DNA of 64,000 nt, from the NCBI RefSeq assembly GCF_009914755.1, contig NC_060935.1; one strand, written 5' to 3'. The position numbers and the translations under genes were made by a program. This DNA is from the human T2T-CHM13v2.0 reference genome, Homo sapiens. A model generated the notes under the pieces. It had not been told where the DNA came from. It ran no database searches and saw only the letters and a program-made list of their open reading frames with translations. This document shows positions 45,833 to 58,600 of this stretch, in pieces; the stretch's first letter is position 1; the number at the start of each line of letters is the position of its first letter.

Positions 45833-46535
45833 CACTGGTTTTCAGACTTTAATGTGCATCAGAAGGCCTGAGAAGATTGAATGTTAATTTTAGTTCCCCA
45901 AAATATCCATCCATACCTCCTGTTTTCTTGCACCATTCCTGGCATTACTTGGGTTAGTTAGGGTCTTCTAGTGAACTTATGTTAAAATGAAATTATAGGT
46001 AGACAAAGATACCTATACAAAGATAGACATTGAAGGGAATGGCTGTACAGATTAAGAACAGAGAGTCAAAGAGGGGCAGGAAGCATTCAGACTAAGATGT
46101 AAGAGTGACCCCAGTGAGGGGGAGAGGTGAGGAAGTATTTGATATAAAGAGTCTCAGACTGCAGCACAGTTCTAAAAATGCTTTGGCAAAAGTATTACAG
46201 TGGGCCAAAATTGCCTGTTAAAGGTCTTGCATCTTGCAGAAATCTGCCTCCTTTAGTACACCTGCTCTACTCAGTCATTGGGTAGGAGTAGTCTTTATGC
46301 AAAAGTGAGTCCAGATGCAAAAGCAGAACAGTTGAGGCTATCAGTTAACCTTGCTCCTGCAGCAGGAGATCTGAGTGGAACATTTCCTTGGCCAACACAG
46401 CTTGTCAAAGCACACATTTCTGGGCTCCACTCTGAAGAGTTCCTGATTTAGCAAGTCTGGAGGTGGGCCTTGGGATTTGCATTTTTAACAAATTGCATAT
46501 ACTGCAGATCCAGCGACCATATTATGAGAAATGAT
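45833..46535. mobile_element. MER5A (hAT-Charlie) split by an ERVL insert
   Basis: cactggttttcagactttaatgtgcatcagaa (45833-~45888) and tttctgggctccac...gggatttgcatttttaacaa...tatgagaaa (46400-46535). Confidence 0.7.
45890..46399 (-). mobile_element. LTR16-family (ERVL) LTR with a short internal stub
   Basis: ctcagactgcagcacagttct...ctcagtcattgg...cagcaggagatctgagtggaacatttccttggccaacaca; cttgcaccattcctggca resembles the start of the internal region. Confidence 0.65.
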
Positions 46536-47989
46536 TATAAAAAAAAATTCATTTGGTAACTTCTTACGATATCTTGAGGTCGAGACTTAAATATATATGC
46601 TAAAATAAACTCTTTTTGTACAAAAAGTTTCTGTGGAGCTTGACCTCAGTAAAATATTGAATAGTTCAATGAGTGTGAATGTTAGTTTAGAAAAATGCAT
46701 AAATTCTGCTGAGATGAGACTGCTTTAACAGCATTTGTCTGGTGCAAAAGAAAAAAGCTGGGACTCCTTTCTGGCTTTGTCTTACTTCTCAGCAAAGAAA
46801 ACCCAAGTTTTCTTTGTTACATTTTAATAGTTAACATCCTGTATATTGAAACAATACATTGAAAATTCAAAATGCATACAGGAACCATGGATTGGAGTGA
46901 GATTATGCTTGGGGAAAGAAAAGTTATTTAATTCATAAAATCTGCTAATGATGCAGACCAAAATTCCAACGTATTGTATTCACAGCAGGTTAAAAAAAAA
47001 ACTGTCTCAAGGATTCTCTTGCATAAGAAAGTATTATAGGGAATAATTCAGATAATCAGTTATTATATTTAGGACTTTGGCAGCAGGCAATGTAATTTTA
47101 CTCAGCAATATTGGGGTTGGAAAAAAAAGACCTAGCATCTGAGACAAGAATGAGAACAAACAGGTTGAAAAACAATGAATCTTATCACCTATGAGGCAAC
47201 ACAGGTACTCAGTGCTCCTCAACAGAAGATCGAGTCTCTTCTCACTGTTTAAACAAAAGGAATATTAAAGCAAGTGTGCAGTCCATCCCCAGAATCAGTG
47301 GGGCACCCAATTGCTAGGTCCAGTAGAAGGACTTATGCTAAGAGTATTATCTCAGAACTAGAATTGAGGGAAAGAGGGAAGGAAATGTGCTAGTAATATT
47401 AATTCAACCTTATTAAGCAAATCAGACAGTAAACAACCAGCAGAGGAGAAAAGTCACCTGTAGAAAGGGACTGGGCTCTTAAAAGCTTTCACTAGAAGCA
47501 AATCCATAAGCAATAACTGAGAATATCCTACAGTTAAGAAGAAGGGTCCTAAGACTAGAAGAAAATATAATAACAAAAAGATAACCAAAAAAGTGCAAAT
47601 TTTATTCAAGGAAGAGATGAAGCATCGACCAGATATTATTCTTTTAATCACACAGTTTAAGGCTTATCAGTTTGTTCATTGTTCTGTTTTTAGTGAATGT
47701 GTTTCAAAACTGTCTTCAAAACAAATTGCATATTTCCTGTGAATCATAACACAAAAACATGGGTAGTAAATGGTAAAGTTTTCACTATGGAATGTGGGAA
47801 CCCTATTCTTAGTTTTGATTTATTTCAGAAAGTCTAAGTGAAGAAACTTCTGCATTACAGCTTCATTTTTGTAAGTTTATATCCAAGTTCATTCATGTAA
47901 ATAAGATGATATTTTAATACAGAAATATAAACAAAGTAAATTCAACTGAACTCTCACCATGAAGTTTTTAAATCTTGAAATTATGAAAA

Positions 47990-48906
47990 GCCAAAGATTG
48001 CTAAGAGCCATGAGTAGCTGAAGAGGAAACAGAGGATTCTTCCATAGGACTTACAGAAGGAGCCTGGCCATGCTGACACCTTGACTTAAGACTTCTAGTC
48101 TACCCTAATGTGACAGAATACACTTGTATTGTCTTAAACCACCTACTTTGTGGTACTTTGTTATGGAAGCCCCAAGAAACAAATACAGATTTTGGTACCA
48201 GTCATGGGTACTATTGTAACAAATACCTAAAGATGGTTAATTGGTTCTGGAATTTGGTAATGGCAAAGACTGAAAGAATTTTGAGATGCATGCTGGAAAA
48301 AGTATATATTGCCTTGAAGAAATTATTGTCAGAAATATAACCATTAATTTATATGAATAATATATGTATGAATAATATAATTTATATGAATAATATAACC
48401 AGCAATTTTGGTGAGGCCTCAGTTGGAACTGAAGATAGTAGGGAAAGCTCCTATTTTCTTAGGGACTACATACATCATCATGAACACTATGTTTGTAGAA
48501 ATACAAACATTAAGGGTGCTTCTGGTGAGTTCTCAGGAAGAAATGAGTAGCATGTTATTGGACATTGGAGAAGAGGCAATCCTTGTTAAAAAAAACTTTC
48601 AGAAAACTTGGCGGAATTAATATCCAGCATTGGGTAAAAATTAAAGTTGGATATTTAGTTGACAAGATTTCCAACCAATCATTGAAAAATATGTTCTGTT
48701 ATCTCTTTGCTGCTATTAGTAAAATTTGAGCAGAAAGAGTTAAATTGAGGACTACACTATTAAATAAGAAGAAACAAGAATTTGATGATTTGAAAAATCT
48801 CCAGCCTATCCATATTACAAAAGATGTTAAAGCATACTCTACAGAGAATGCCTAGAACCTTCAGGGAGAGCATAATCCTGCTACAACTTTCTTTCAGACT
48901 TAGTTC
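47990..48906 (+). mobile_element. MLT1C/D-type LTR 3' part, MLT1-int and partial second LTR
   Basis: gctgacaccttgac...tttgtggtactttgttatggaagccc...aaataca|gattttggtacc (LTR/internal junction); ctagaaccttcagggagagcat...ttcagact second LTR piece cut by an L1 fragment; 3x ~17-bp tandem at 48350-48398. Confidence 0.8.
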
Positions 48907-49616
48907 CTAACATTTAAGTCTTCAATCCATCTTGAATTAATTTTTGTTTAAGGTGTAAGGAAAGGATCCAGTTTCAGCTTTCTCCATATGGCTAGCCAGT
49001 TTTCCCAGCACCATTTATTAAATAGGGAATCCTTTCCCCATTTCTTGTTTTTGTCAGGTTTGTCAAAGATCAGATGCTTGTAGATGTGTGGTATTATTTC
49101 CGAGGGCTCTGTTCTGTTCCATTGGTCTATATCTCTGTTTTGGTACCAGTACCATGCTGTTTTGGTTACTGTAGCCTTGTAGTATAGTTTGAAGTCAGGT
49201 AGCATGATGCCTCCAGCTTTGTTCTTTGGGCTTAGGATTGTCTTGGCAATGCAGGCTCTTTTTTGGTTCCACATGAACTTTGAAGTAGTTTTTTCCAATT
49301 CTGTGAAGAAAGTCATTGGTAGCTTGATAGGGATGGCATTGAATCTATAAATTACCTCAGGCAGTATGGCCATTTTCACGATATTGAATCTTCCTATCCA
49401 TGAGCATGGAATGTTCTTCCATTTGTTTGTGTCCTCTTTTATTTCGTTGAGTAGTGGTTTGTAGTTCTCCCTGAAGAGGTCCTTCACATCCCTTGTAAGT
49501 TGGATTACTAGGTATTTTATTCTCTTTGAAGCAATTGTGAATGTGTGTTCACTCATGATTTGCCTCTCTGTTTGTCTTTTATTGGTGTCTAGGAATGCTT
49601 GTGATTTTTGCACATT
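48907..49616 (-). mobile_element. Internal L1PA ORF2 fragment with no 3' end or poly(A)
   Basis: 221-aa open ORF2p segment ([15 protein letters not shown]...WKNIPCSW...[10 protein letters not shown]...KWCWENW); aligns to 38455-39162. Confidence 0.96.
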
Positions 49617-49874
49617 AATGCCAGAAAGTAGAACAAATTAAGCAACAAAATTTTCACTGTAGAAAACGTTAAGCAATCTCCAAAAATCGGATTAACTAAA
49701 GGAGCATACACATACTTTTACTCTTGAAAACAAATGTCACTAACATTCTCACTAATGGTCAGCATTAACTCTGGAGATTATTTAATTATTCCTTGCCAAG
49801 ACACTAACAATGAGGACTACGGACTTAGAAAAAATTATGCGTTGACTAATAGGACTAAAGAGAGTTTAGAAAGC

Positions 49875-50010
49875 ATTTAGTACACAATCGTTTCTCCCCT
49901 TATATTGTATATGAAAAACAGAAGTTCAGAAACAGTAAGTGATATATCCAAGATGCAACAGTGAATTAGGGGCATGGCAAAAAAGAAACTGAAATCCATG
50001 ACTTCAAGTG
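49875..50010 (-). mobile_element. MIR fragment
   Basis: ccccttatattgtatatgaaaaacagaagttcagaa...aagtgatatatccaagatgcaacagtgaattag. Confidence 0.6.
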
Positions 50011-50909
50011 AGGCCGTTCCTTTTGAATAATATGCTACATTTGGAAGAACAAAAGCTTTGGAGAAAGTTGCTGTCATGGGAATAGCCGTCTAACATTCAT
50101 AAAACAAAATGAGTATAATATTGGAGTTGAATATGACTGTTTAAAAATTAATAACGTTTGGCTGATAATAACACTACTGCCTTTATATACAACTTTATTT
50201 CAAAGGTGCCTCACATATATTCAAACAGTTATATTTAACATAGTAAAAACATATTTATAGAAACTTTTAGGTACATAATTGTCAACGGTGTTTTAATCTT
50301 GTAGAATATTTCTCTATGCCAATTTACGCGATCAAGAAAACTAATAACATTTGTTTGCATGTGGTATGCAAACAAACTTGAAATCTTACTTCGTATTTGC
50401 ATATGGTATGCAAAAGACATAAATTGAGCAAATTCCTAACCAATCAAATTAAAAGTAGCCTTTAATTATGTGATGCACACTACTTCCTTTTACTTGTACA
50501 TGCATGAAAAACTAAAATTTACAATAGCATTGTAAATGTCTCATTCAATGAAGAAAAATAACAGTTGAATCATAGAAATTGGAATCATTTCTGGAATAGA
50601 AACACATTATCATTGAAAGTTTGGGTAGAGCTAGATAATTTATGAATGAATTTCTCATCTGCATTGTGGGTCAAAATGATTTGGGAATTTAGAATTTCAT
50701 TCACTTTTGTCTCCTCTGGCACAATATTGAGATTCATTTTTTTAACCCAAAATTTCATCCATTAAACATTTAAATATACTCAAATCTCTACTAAATTAAA
50801 TGTACCCTGTATATAGGCAAATGCAGGCACACAAAGCTTTCTCTTGAATCTGGTTTCTGCTCGATCTCTCTCTTTTTCACAGGTGGAAAGAGTGTTCATT
50901 TTATTTCCT

Positions 50910-51435
50910 AACTCAGTGGTAATCTCAACCTTTTTTGTGGCTTTGATTGTCATCTATATACTGATTGCTCATAAATTTGATTTCCAGAATTTACCTCTGA
51001 GTTCCAAAACCAACCATCCAACCATTCAATTGATATTTCCACTCCAGCATCAAATATTTCCACTTCAAAGGCATATAAATGAAATGTTGTTTAACTAAAC
51101 CACCTCCCTGAAAACCTGGTTCTCTTTCACTGTTTTCTGTATCACTCAATGCCACTGTACAAATTAAAAAGCCAGGAGTCAACTTTGAAATCTCCATATC
51201 TAATGCACCATAAAGTATTAGATACTTTAATTATTAAACATCTATGTGATTTTTTTCTCCACTACTTCATTATTTTTTTCATTTTTTTCATCAGCCTTAC
51301 TGACTTTACAAAATACTCCACTACTTTAATCCAAGAACTTGTCACCTCTCACCTGGATCATGGTACAATCATATTAAATAGTCTCACTCTTTTACTCTAC
51401 AGCCTAATCAGCGCAGTTTCCACAGCATTGCCAGC
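50910..51435 (+). mobile_element. L2 fragment
   Basis: tggctttgattgtcatctatatactga...ctctgagttccaaa...atatttccact...aaaagccaggagtca...cacctctcacctgga. Confidence 0.75.
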
Positions 51436-52341
51436 AATTTTTTTCTTTTCACTTAATAAATACTGTTTTAAAAAAAATGTGTAAACATATATGCAATTTT
51501 ATTTAAATGTGTAATTATACCATATGATTTGTTTGACAGTCTATTTTTCTTTCTTTTTTGCTTTTCTCCATACTCCCTTTTTTATTCCATCTAAACCCAC
51601 ATCATTCTACTCTACTCATGTAGCCTATGTTAAAAAACTAGTACATATTGTACCCTTCCATATCATTCTCTAAATATCTATACACATAAACATTCATGCA
51701 TACTTTATAAGTATTTATATTTAATTTTAGTGTTCTTTTAAAATTTACCATATTTAATTATTTTTTACATTTTTGCAGTTTCCTAAATAACATGTAAGTA
51801 TTGCTACAAATTAATTCATACATCTCTAACTCATTCTCCATGACTACAAAACATTGCCTGGGTTAAGTGAGCAGAAATTTATTCAGGTTTTTTTTTATTG
51901 ACACAGACTCATGTTTTTCTACTTATTTTCTACATTGTGATTTTTTCAAACCTGAACTCGATTATATCTACCTGAACTCAACCTCTGACCCCCAAAAATC
52001 TTACACAGAGAAACACAAGGCCTGTGTGTTTTGCCTCTACCTACCTCTGAAGCCTCATTGACTCCTATACACCTTTGTACACTTTGAGTTACACACACAC
52101 ACAGACATACACATGCCTACACACACTTCACTTGGTATCACTTTCTCTTCTTAAGGAATTGAGCTTTTTGTTACATATCAAGGGATCTTTTGTTTCATTT
52201 TTCTAAATAAGATATTATCTAGTTAAATGTCCCACAGAGCACCAGCCATCAGAGTATTGCAATTATTATTACTTATTATTAACGTAATGTTACATTAACT
52301 TGTGGTTTTTGTCATTGTCAGCCTCCTAGATTAAACTGTAA

Positions 52342-52752
<411 letters not shown>

Positions 52753-53164
52753 TAGTACTTAGCACAAAACACTGAATATACTAGCAATCAGTATATTTGA
52801 TGAATAAATTATAATAAATACTTAAAATAAACACTAAATAAGAATTAAAATATTACGACTACTGAAAATACAAATTACTATTTGAAGAAAAGCTAGAATA
52901 GATGAGTCTTAATATTATATTGAATATTATAAACATTTGCAATTACTAAACATAAATTTAATTTTAAGTTTCTTAATAAAAAAATAAGCTTGAAAAAAAA
53001 GAGTTAGTTCTTTAGACTAACCAAAGTGAACTTTATATTATAGTACTTAGATGTAAAATAAATGTTTCTATTTGGTACTTAACGAGTTACAATTTTCTTG
53101 AAATTTTCCTTTTCGTATTACTCTTTTGGAGTTAATATCCCTTGGAAATCAGGACAATAATCAT

Positions 53165-53345
53165 AATTGCAACACTTATGAATCCTATTTGATGGCTAAT
53201 ATTCTACGCACTTCACATATATTATAAACTCTTTACATACCTCAAGGGACAAGTCTATTATTTTCATTTTAATGATAATGATATGAAGGTACATAGAAAT
53301 TAATGTGACCAACTTCCTACAGCTAACAAGTAGAGAAGGCAGTAT
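53165..53345 (-). mobile_element. MIR
   Basis: aacacttatgaatcc...cttcacatatatta...ctattattttcattttaatga...acagctaacaagtagaga. Confidence 0.55.
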
Positions 53346-53489
53346 GTTTAATCTTCCAGTTAATAAAATTGAAAATAATAATAATAATAAACAGCATAGA
53401 AAAATCTAAAAAAGATTCTCAAATGGTTTATGTTCTATTTCTAATCTCCTCATTGCATATTTATTTTTCTGCTAAGCAGTTTAAGACAC

Positions 53490-54010
53490 TGTTTCAGTAT
53501 CTACTGCTGAATAACAGACCTTCCAAAACTTAATGGCATAAAACAAAACTATTTCTCATGATTTTGTGCAATGACTGTGGATAGCTGAGGGGTTCTCAGT
53601 TCCTTGCTTCATCAGATGGGATTATTAATTCAGTTGCCTTAAGGTGATAGCTGGACTAGACTGAAAGGTCCAAGAAGACTTCACTTACAGAGCTATTCCA
53701 CCAGGCCTTTCTACATGGGTGCTTGCTTCTTTACAGCCTGTTGGTCTCAGGAAAGTTGAAGTTCTTATGTGGCAGCTGGTTTCAAAAAAAGACTGAAAGT
53801 GAAAGCTGCCAGTCCTTGTAAGAGCTGAGCATGGACCTGAAGTGTCTCTTGGATGAACCGTGTCACAAGGTCAGTCTGCACTGCAAGCAAAGCCAGTCCA
53901 GATCCCAGGGAAGGGAAAATGAACTTTTCCACTCGATGAAAGGGGCAGTGATTACATATAGAGAGGAAGATAACTGTGTATGGCTATCTTCAGGGACTAT
54001 AGTTCAGGAA
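53490..54010 (-). mobile_element. Old MLT1 (F-I-like) LTR
   Basis: agtatctactgctgaataacagacc...aaaacttaatggcataaaacaa...gtccaagaagacttcact...aagccagtccagat. Confidence 0.7.
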
Positions 54011-54989
54011 CACACCTATACTTTATAATTCTTTTTCACATATTTATTTTCCTATTCTTTTGTGATAGTATTGGAAATAGAATGTGAAAAAGAAAGTATT
54101 ATTAAAGAACAGAAGTACAAGTAAAATACTAATGTAACCCAAACATTAGTATTTTAATGTGGAATTTGAAATGACCCTGAAAATCCTGAATTTTCTTTAG
54201 GATTATAAAAGGGCAAGGGAGATTGAACAACTTATGCCATGGACTAGGGGCAAGAAAGAGGAATCTGTGATTTTGGAGGACTGCTTGTAAGTCAATAAGC
54301 CTAAAAATAAAACAAATCAAAACAAAACAAAAGCCAAGGTGCTTGATGAATATATGCAGGACAAGAATGGAAAGAAAAGGGAGGAACAAAATGTAAAGGA
54401 CTTTGAGTGACAGACTGAGGATCTAAACTTGACATTTTTGCCCAGAGCAAGCACTGGGCTTATTATATTAAACTCAGTAGAGACAATATAACTAAGGGAG
54501 AATCATCAAGGGTTACTTTGACTCACTCACTGATGCCCAAATTTTGTCAAAAGTTTAATTGTTTTTTAAACACATATTTTCCTGGCCTTCAAATATTACG
54601 ACAAATGTTTTGGGCAAGGATGTTATTTATAGTGCCAAACAAATTATTTTAGTTTAAGTGTTTAGAAAAGTATCATGCTCAGGGAAAGGAATTAAATTAT
54701 TTTTCTAAGACTTCTAAAAATACATATCTTACAATTAAAATAATATATTTAAAAAGCTCTACAGAATAAATGTTATTAGTACCATTAACTAATATAACTA
54801 ATTTAGAGCCTAATATCTATTACATGAAATCAGGATGAAACAATATTTTCTCATCCCCTATAAATACACTCAGTCAAACCAATCCTGAATAATAGCAGCA
54901 GTACCTATATCACTAAAACCAGAGAATTTGAAAGGTGAGGAATTGCCTAACTTATTTGGCCCAATTTTAAGCTTGTTTTTCATTGCTAC

Positions 54990-55082
54990 CTTCAAACATC
55001 TGCAGCTTCCTTGCCTCTTTCAGTCTTCGTAGAATGGAAGAGAGTTAGGGCCTTACTCTGGATTAGGCTTTGGCATGAGGGA
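54990..55082 (-). mobile_element. Tigger1 fragment
   Basis: tctgcagcttcc...gaagagagttagggccttactctggattaggctttggc. Confidence 0.8.
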
Positions 55083-57375
55083 AAGTCATTTATTAAAATT
55101 CTTATTTTTTAATTTTCATTTTTACCCTTTGAAACTTTATTTCTCTTTTGGTTGCTTATGGTCTTTTGGTATGAATATGTGGTTATTATTATTCCCTTTT
55201 AATGAAGTCTTGTTTATTAAAATTTATTAACAATACATTGCAGTTAACTGTAATGTATGGATTGATATTAGCTGTTTAATGTGTGATGTGGCATTTTAAA
55301 AATATGTTAGATTCCATATTTATATACATATGCTATAGCACATATATTTTATGTTTTCTATGTTTATAATATGGTGTTTGTTATGCTTTATTTTATGATA
55401 AAATTTGTTTTCTATTCCATCCTCCCCAATTACTTTGGAGAGTAGTACATTGGCTTTTTTATTCAACCAGTGCTTACTTTTACTTTAAAGAAAGAAGAAA
55501 AAATAGAGAAATAATACAATAAAGAGAGAAAGGCAGGTAGATAAAGAAGGAGAGAAACAGGGAAAATGGAAAAGGAAGATGTTATGTTCGATACATAACC
55601 TTCTAATATACAATTTATAAAATTAAGAACTATAACGAAATATTTTACTCCCCTCTGTAAAATTCTAGATACTTCTTAATATGTTAAAATTCAAAATATT
55701 TTATCAGAACTAGAATAATTCCCTTCTTTTAGAAACATTTGCTTCTTAAGATATTCTCATTTTTTCAGTCCTACATATTTGGCACAAATTATTTCCGCGA
55801 CATATATCAACCTTCTTTTTACTGTCAAATGATTATTTTCTTGCTAATATTGTTTTGTGTAATAGAAAATTGAAAAGGCAGCCTGTGTTTTCCTGGATCC
55901 CCACAGCTCACAGCTGGTATCCATCATGCTCTGGATCCCCAAGTGGAATAATTGATGACATGTGGCCTATTTGATTTTGAAGAAATTATATTCTACATGT
56001 GGCCTATTTGCTTTTGCTTTAATAAAGCAAAGGGGAAATGTATTAAATTTTATTTGAGTTATTTGAAATATATAACTTGAATTTCTACTTATCATAATTT
56101 CTTAAAATGTAAGTGTAGCCAGGCAATTTAAGCATTGCCATCAATGGAGAACAGGCCTTGAATTTTAAATAACTCTAAAGGCACTATACTAAAGTTTTGT
56201 TATTATTTTGGGGTTCAGAAATCATACACCTGACAAAGAGTATCTTTAGATTTCGGAGGTGTGAAATGTAGATACTGATAAATAGATGCAATTCTGGAAA
56301 GCCTAGCAATCGCCACCCACTGTGCTGAGCTAAATTTAAACAAAAGACGAATAAATCCTACTGGTCATTGGCTAGAACAGTAACATAAATTGATCATTTC
56401 AACGATGCGTGCTTTTATATAAGCATAAGAGTGACATAAGCATTTTTAAACAGCTCAAATTATTTGTCAACTGTTGAGAAATTTCAGCTAGGATTTAAAG
56501 GAGCACAACATAATCAAATCACTCTACAGTCATACATTGGTGACAAACTGAAAATTAAATTAGCCTGGCAAAGAATTGCTCAACATTGTTAAGTCATCAA
56601 ATCATCAAATCTCTTCCCAGCAGGGATTTGCTCTGAATAGCCCCATGCTTGCTATTCATTCTTCCCATTCATTATTCTATCATTTCCTCTTTATCCTGCT
56701 CCCCTATCAAAAATAATTTCTACCTAGAGCACATTATATGGGAAATCCATAACAAAGCAAGCAAGACACAGGGAAAAAACACAAGGCATGTTAAATTTAT
56801 TCTGATTGCTCTTCTGTGTACAAAGCCCATGTATCTAGTCACATTTTCATAACTACACTTAAAAGCTTTTACAAGCTTGTGTTGATATCTGAGAGTTACT
56901 TATAAATGAATCATATGTAAAAAGTGAAATTAAAATGGCATTCTATGTTTATAGAAGGCAAGGAGACCATTTTCTCTTCTCTCCTCTCACAAGGGTTTTC
57001 TTGGAGATATAATGAATCCGAGCCATATTTTAACATTTGGAATAGAGATACACCTCTCTAGGGATTGGGTCCATCATCGGTTTTTACAATGTAGAGATAT
57101 CACCAAGGTCCAGGCCAGATGACTTCTAAAAGTGTAAAAATGAACCTCTGGAATTAACTCATGAGATATACAGGTGACTGTCAACAAGGTGCAGTTCTTT
57201 GTCTCAAGAAGATAAGAAAAGTTGTTCTTTCTTGTGCTTTGCTTTATAAAATATGTTCAGTTTTGGCTGAATTTCATAATCAGTTTCTCATGCTAACTTA
57301 CATGCATATAAATCTGTTAATGCTTACTTGATAACAGTTTTTGTTCTTTCTCTCTTCTATCTTGGTACAGAGAGG

Positions 57376-57376
<1 letters not shown>

Positions 57377-57430
<54 letters not shown>
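57377..57430 (+). repeat. (TG)n microsatellite, ~27 units
   Basis: Uninterrupted TG run. Confidence 0.98.
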
Positions 57431-57432
<2 letters not shown>

Positions 57433-57515
57433 TTTTGACAAGACTTTTATTTCCTCTGCATAGCCAAAGGTGACATGACTCACAGAATTCCACATCAGTT
57501 AATTTTAAAAGTTCA

Positions 57516-57818
<303 letters not shown>

Positions 57819-58259
57819 AAAAGTTGAACTTAAAGTTGGGGTAGTACAGCAAGTCCTCAGAAATTCTTAAGAAACAAATAATTCTGATAGATATATTGGT
57901 AGGACCCTTAGCTATAAATACATTCTAAAATAAGTCAGTTAGAAGACTACACAATCAGTTGAAACTTCAGATGGAGATTCAATATATTACATTGTTAAAG
58001 GCATTTTACCTAGATGATCTATAATCTACATTCTTACCTTCCATAATCTACCTTCTGGGAAGTTTTCTCCTGAACTATGCAGCACTGTCCACTATTATTT
58101 ATTAGAATTATTTATTCCTGTAACTGTCTCTTCTACATGATTCTAAAGTAGTGAAAGCCAAAATCTATCTACCTCTACACTCTGGATACTGAGAACCAAA
58201 ACCATGCCATACTGTACATTAACATGATTTTGCTATTCCACCATCTCCACTGACATGTC

Positions 58260-58600
58260 TTTGCTCTTTCTGGACTGTCCTGGTAAAGCAAGTAGTTTGG
58301 TTGTTTATTATGGGAACTTCATGAAACGGCTGCCATCTCTTCAATGGAAAACGTTAATAGACAGTTTGTTTTCCACAGTTCTTTGAATTGCCTCAAGATC
58401 CTTACTTTGTGGTTTCCATTAATCCTGGACTGTTGTATCACAATTCTGAATCAATCCCAATCAAGCCTTTACGTTGAAAGATCCACATTAAATGAAATTT
58501 TTTTACTTCCAATTTGCAGCTAACTTTTGACCTTACGGTTTTCTTTTCTCTCCCCATGAGAAGTATTGCCAAAGCTTTGCGAGATACTGTTCTCAATGTA
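58260..58600 (+). mobile_element. Probable old ERV1-class LTR fragment (family uncertain)
   Basis: caatcccaatcaagcc...ttgaaaga...gccaaagct...tgttctc resembles MER31/MER67-type LTRs. Confidence 0.35.

Noticed and set aside
47458-47554. Possible 97-nt minus-strand exon with one open frame (LGPFFLTVGYSQLLL...)
   Set aside because: Peptide not recognisable, donor only moderate, no partner exons identifiable.
48948-49613. 221-aa open ORF as a functional protein
   Set aside because: Internal L1 ORF2p piece with no evident promoter; an open frame over 0.7 kb is unremarkable in a young L1.
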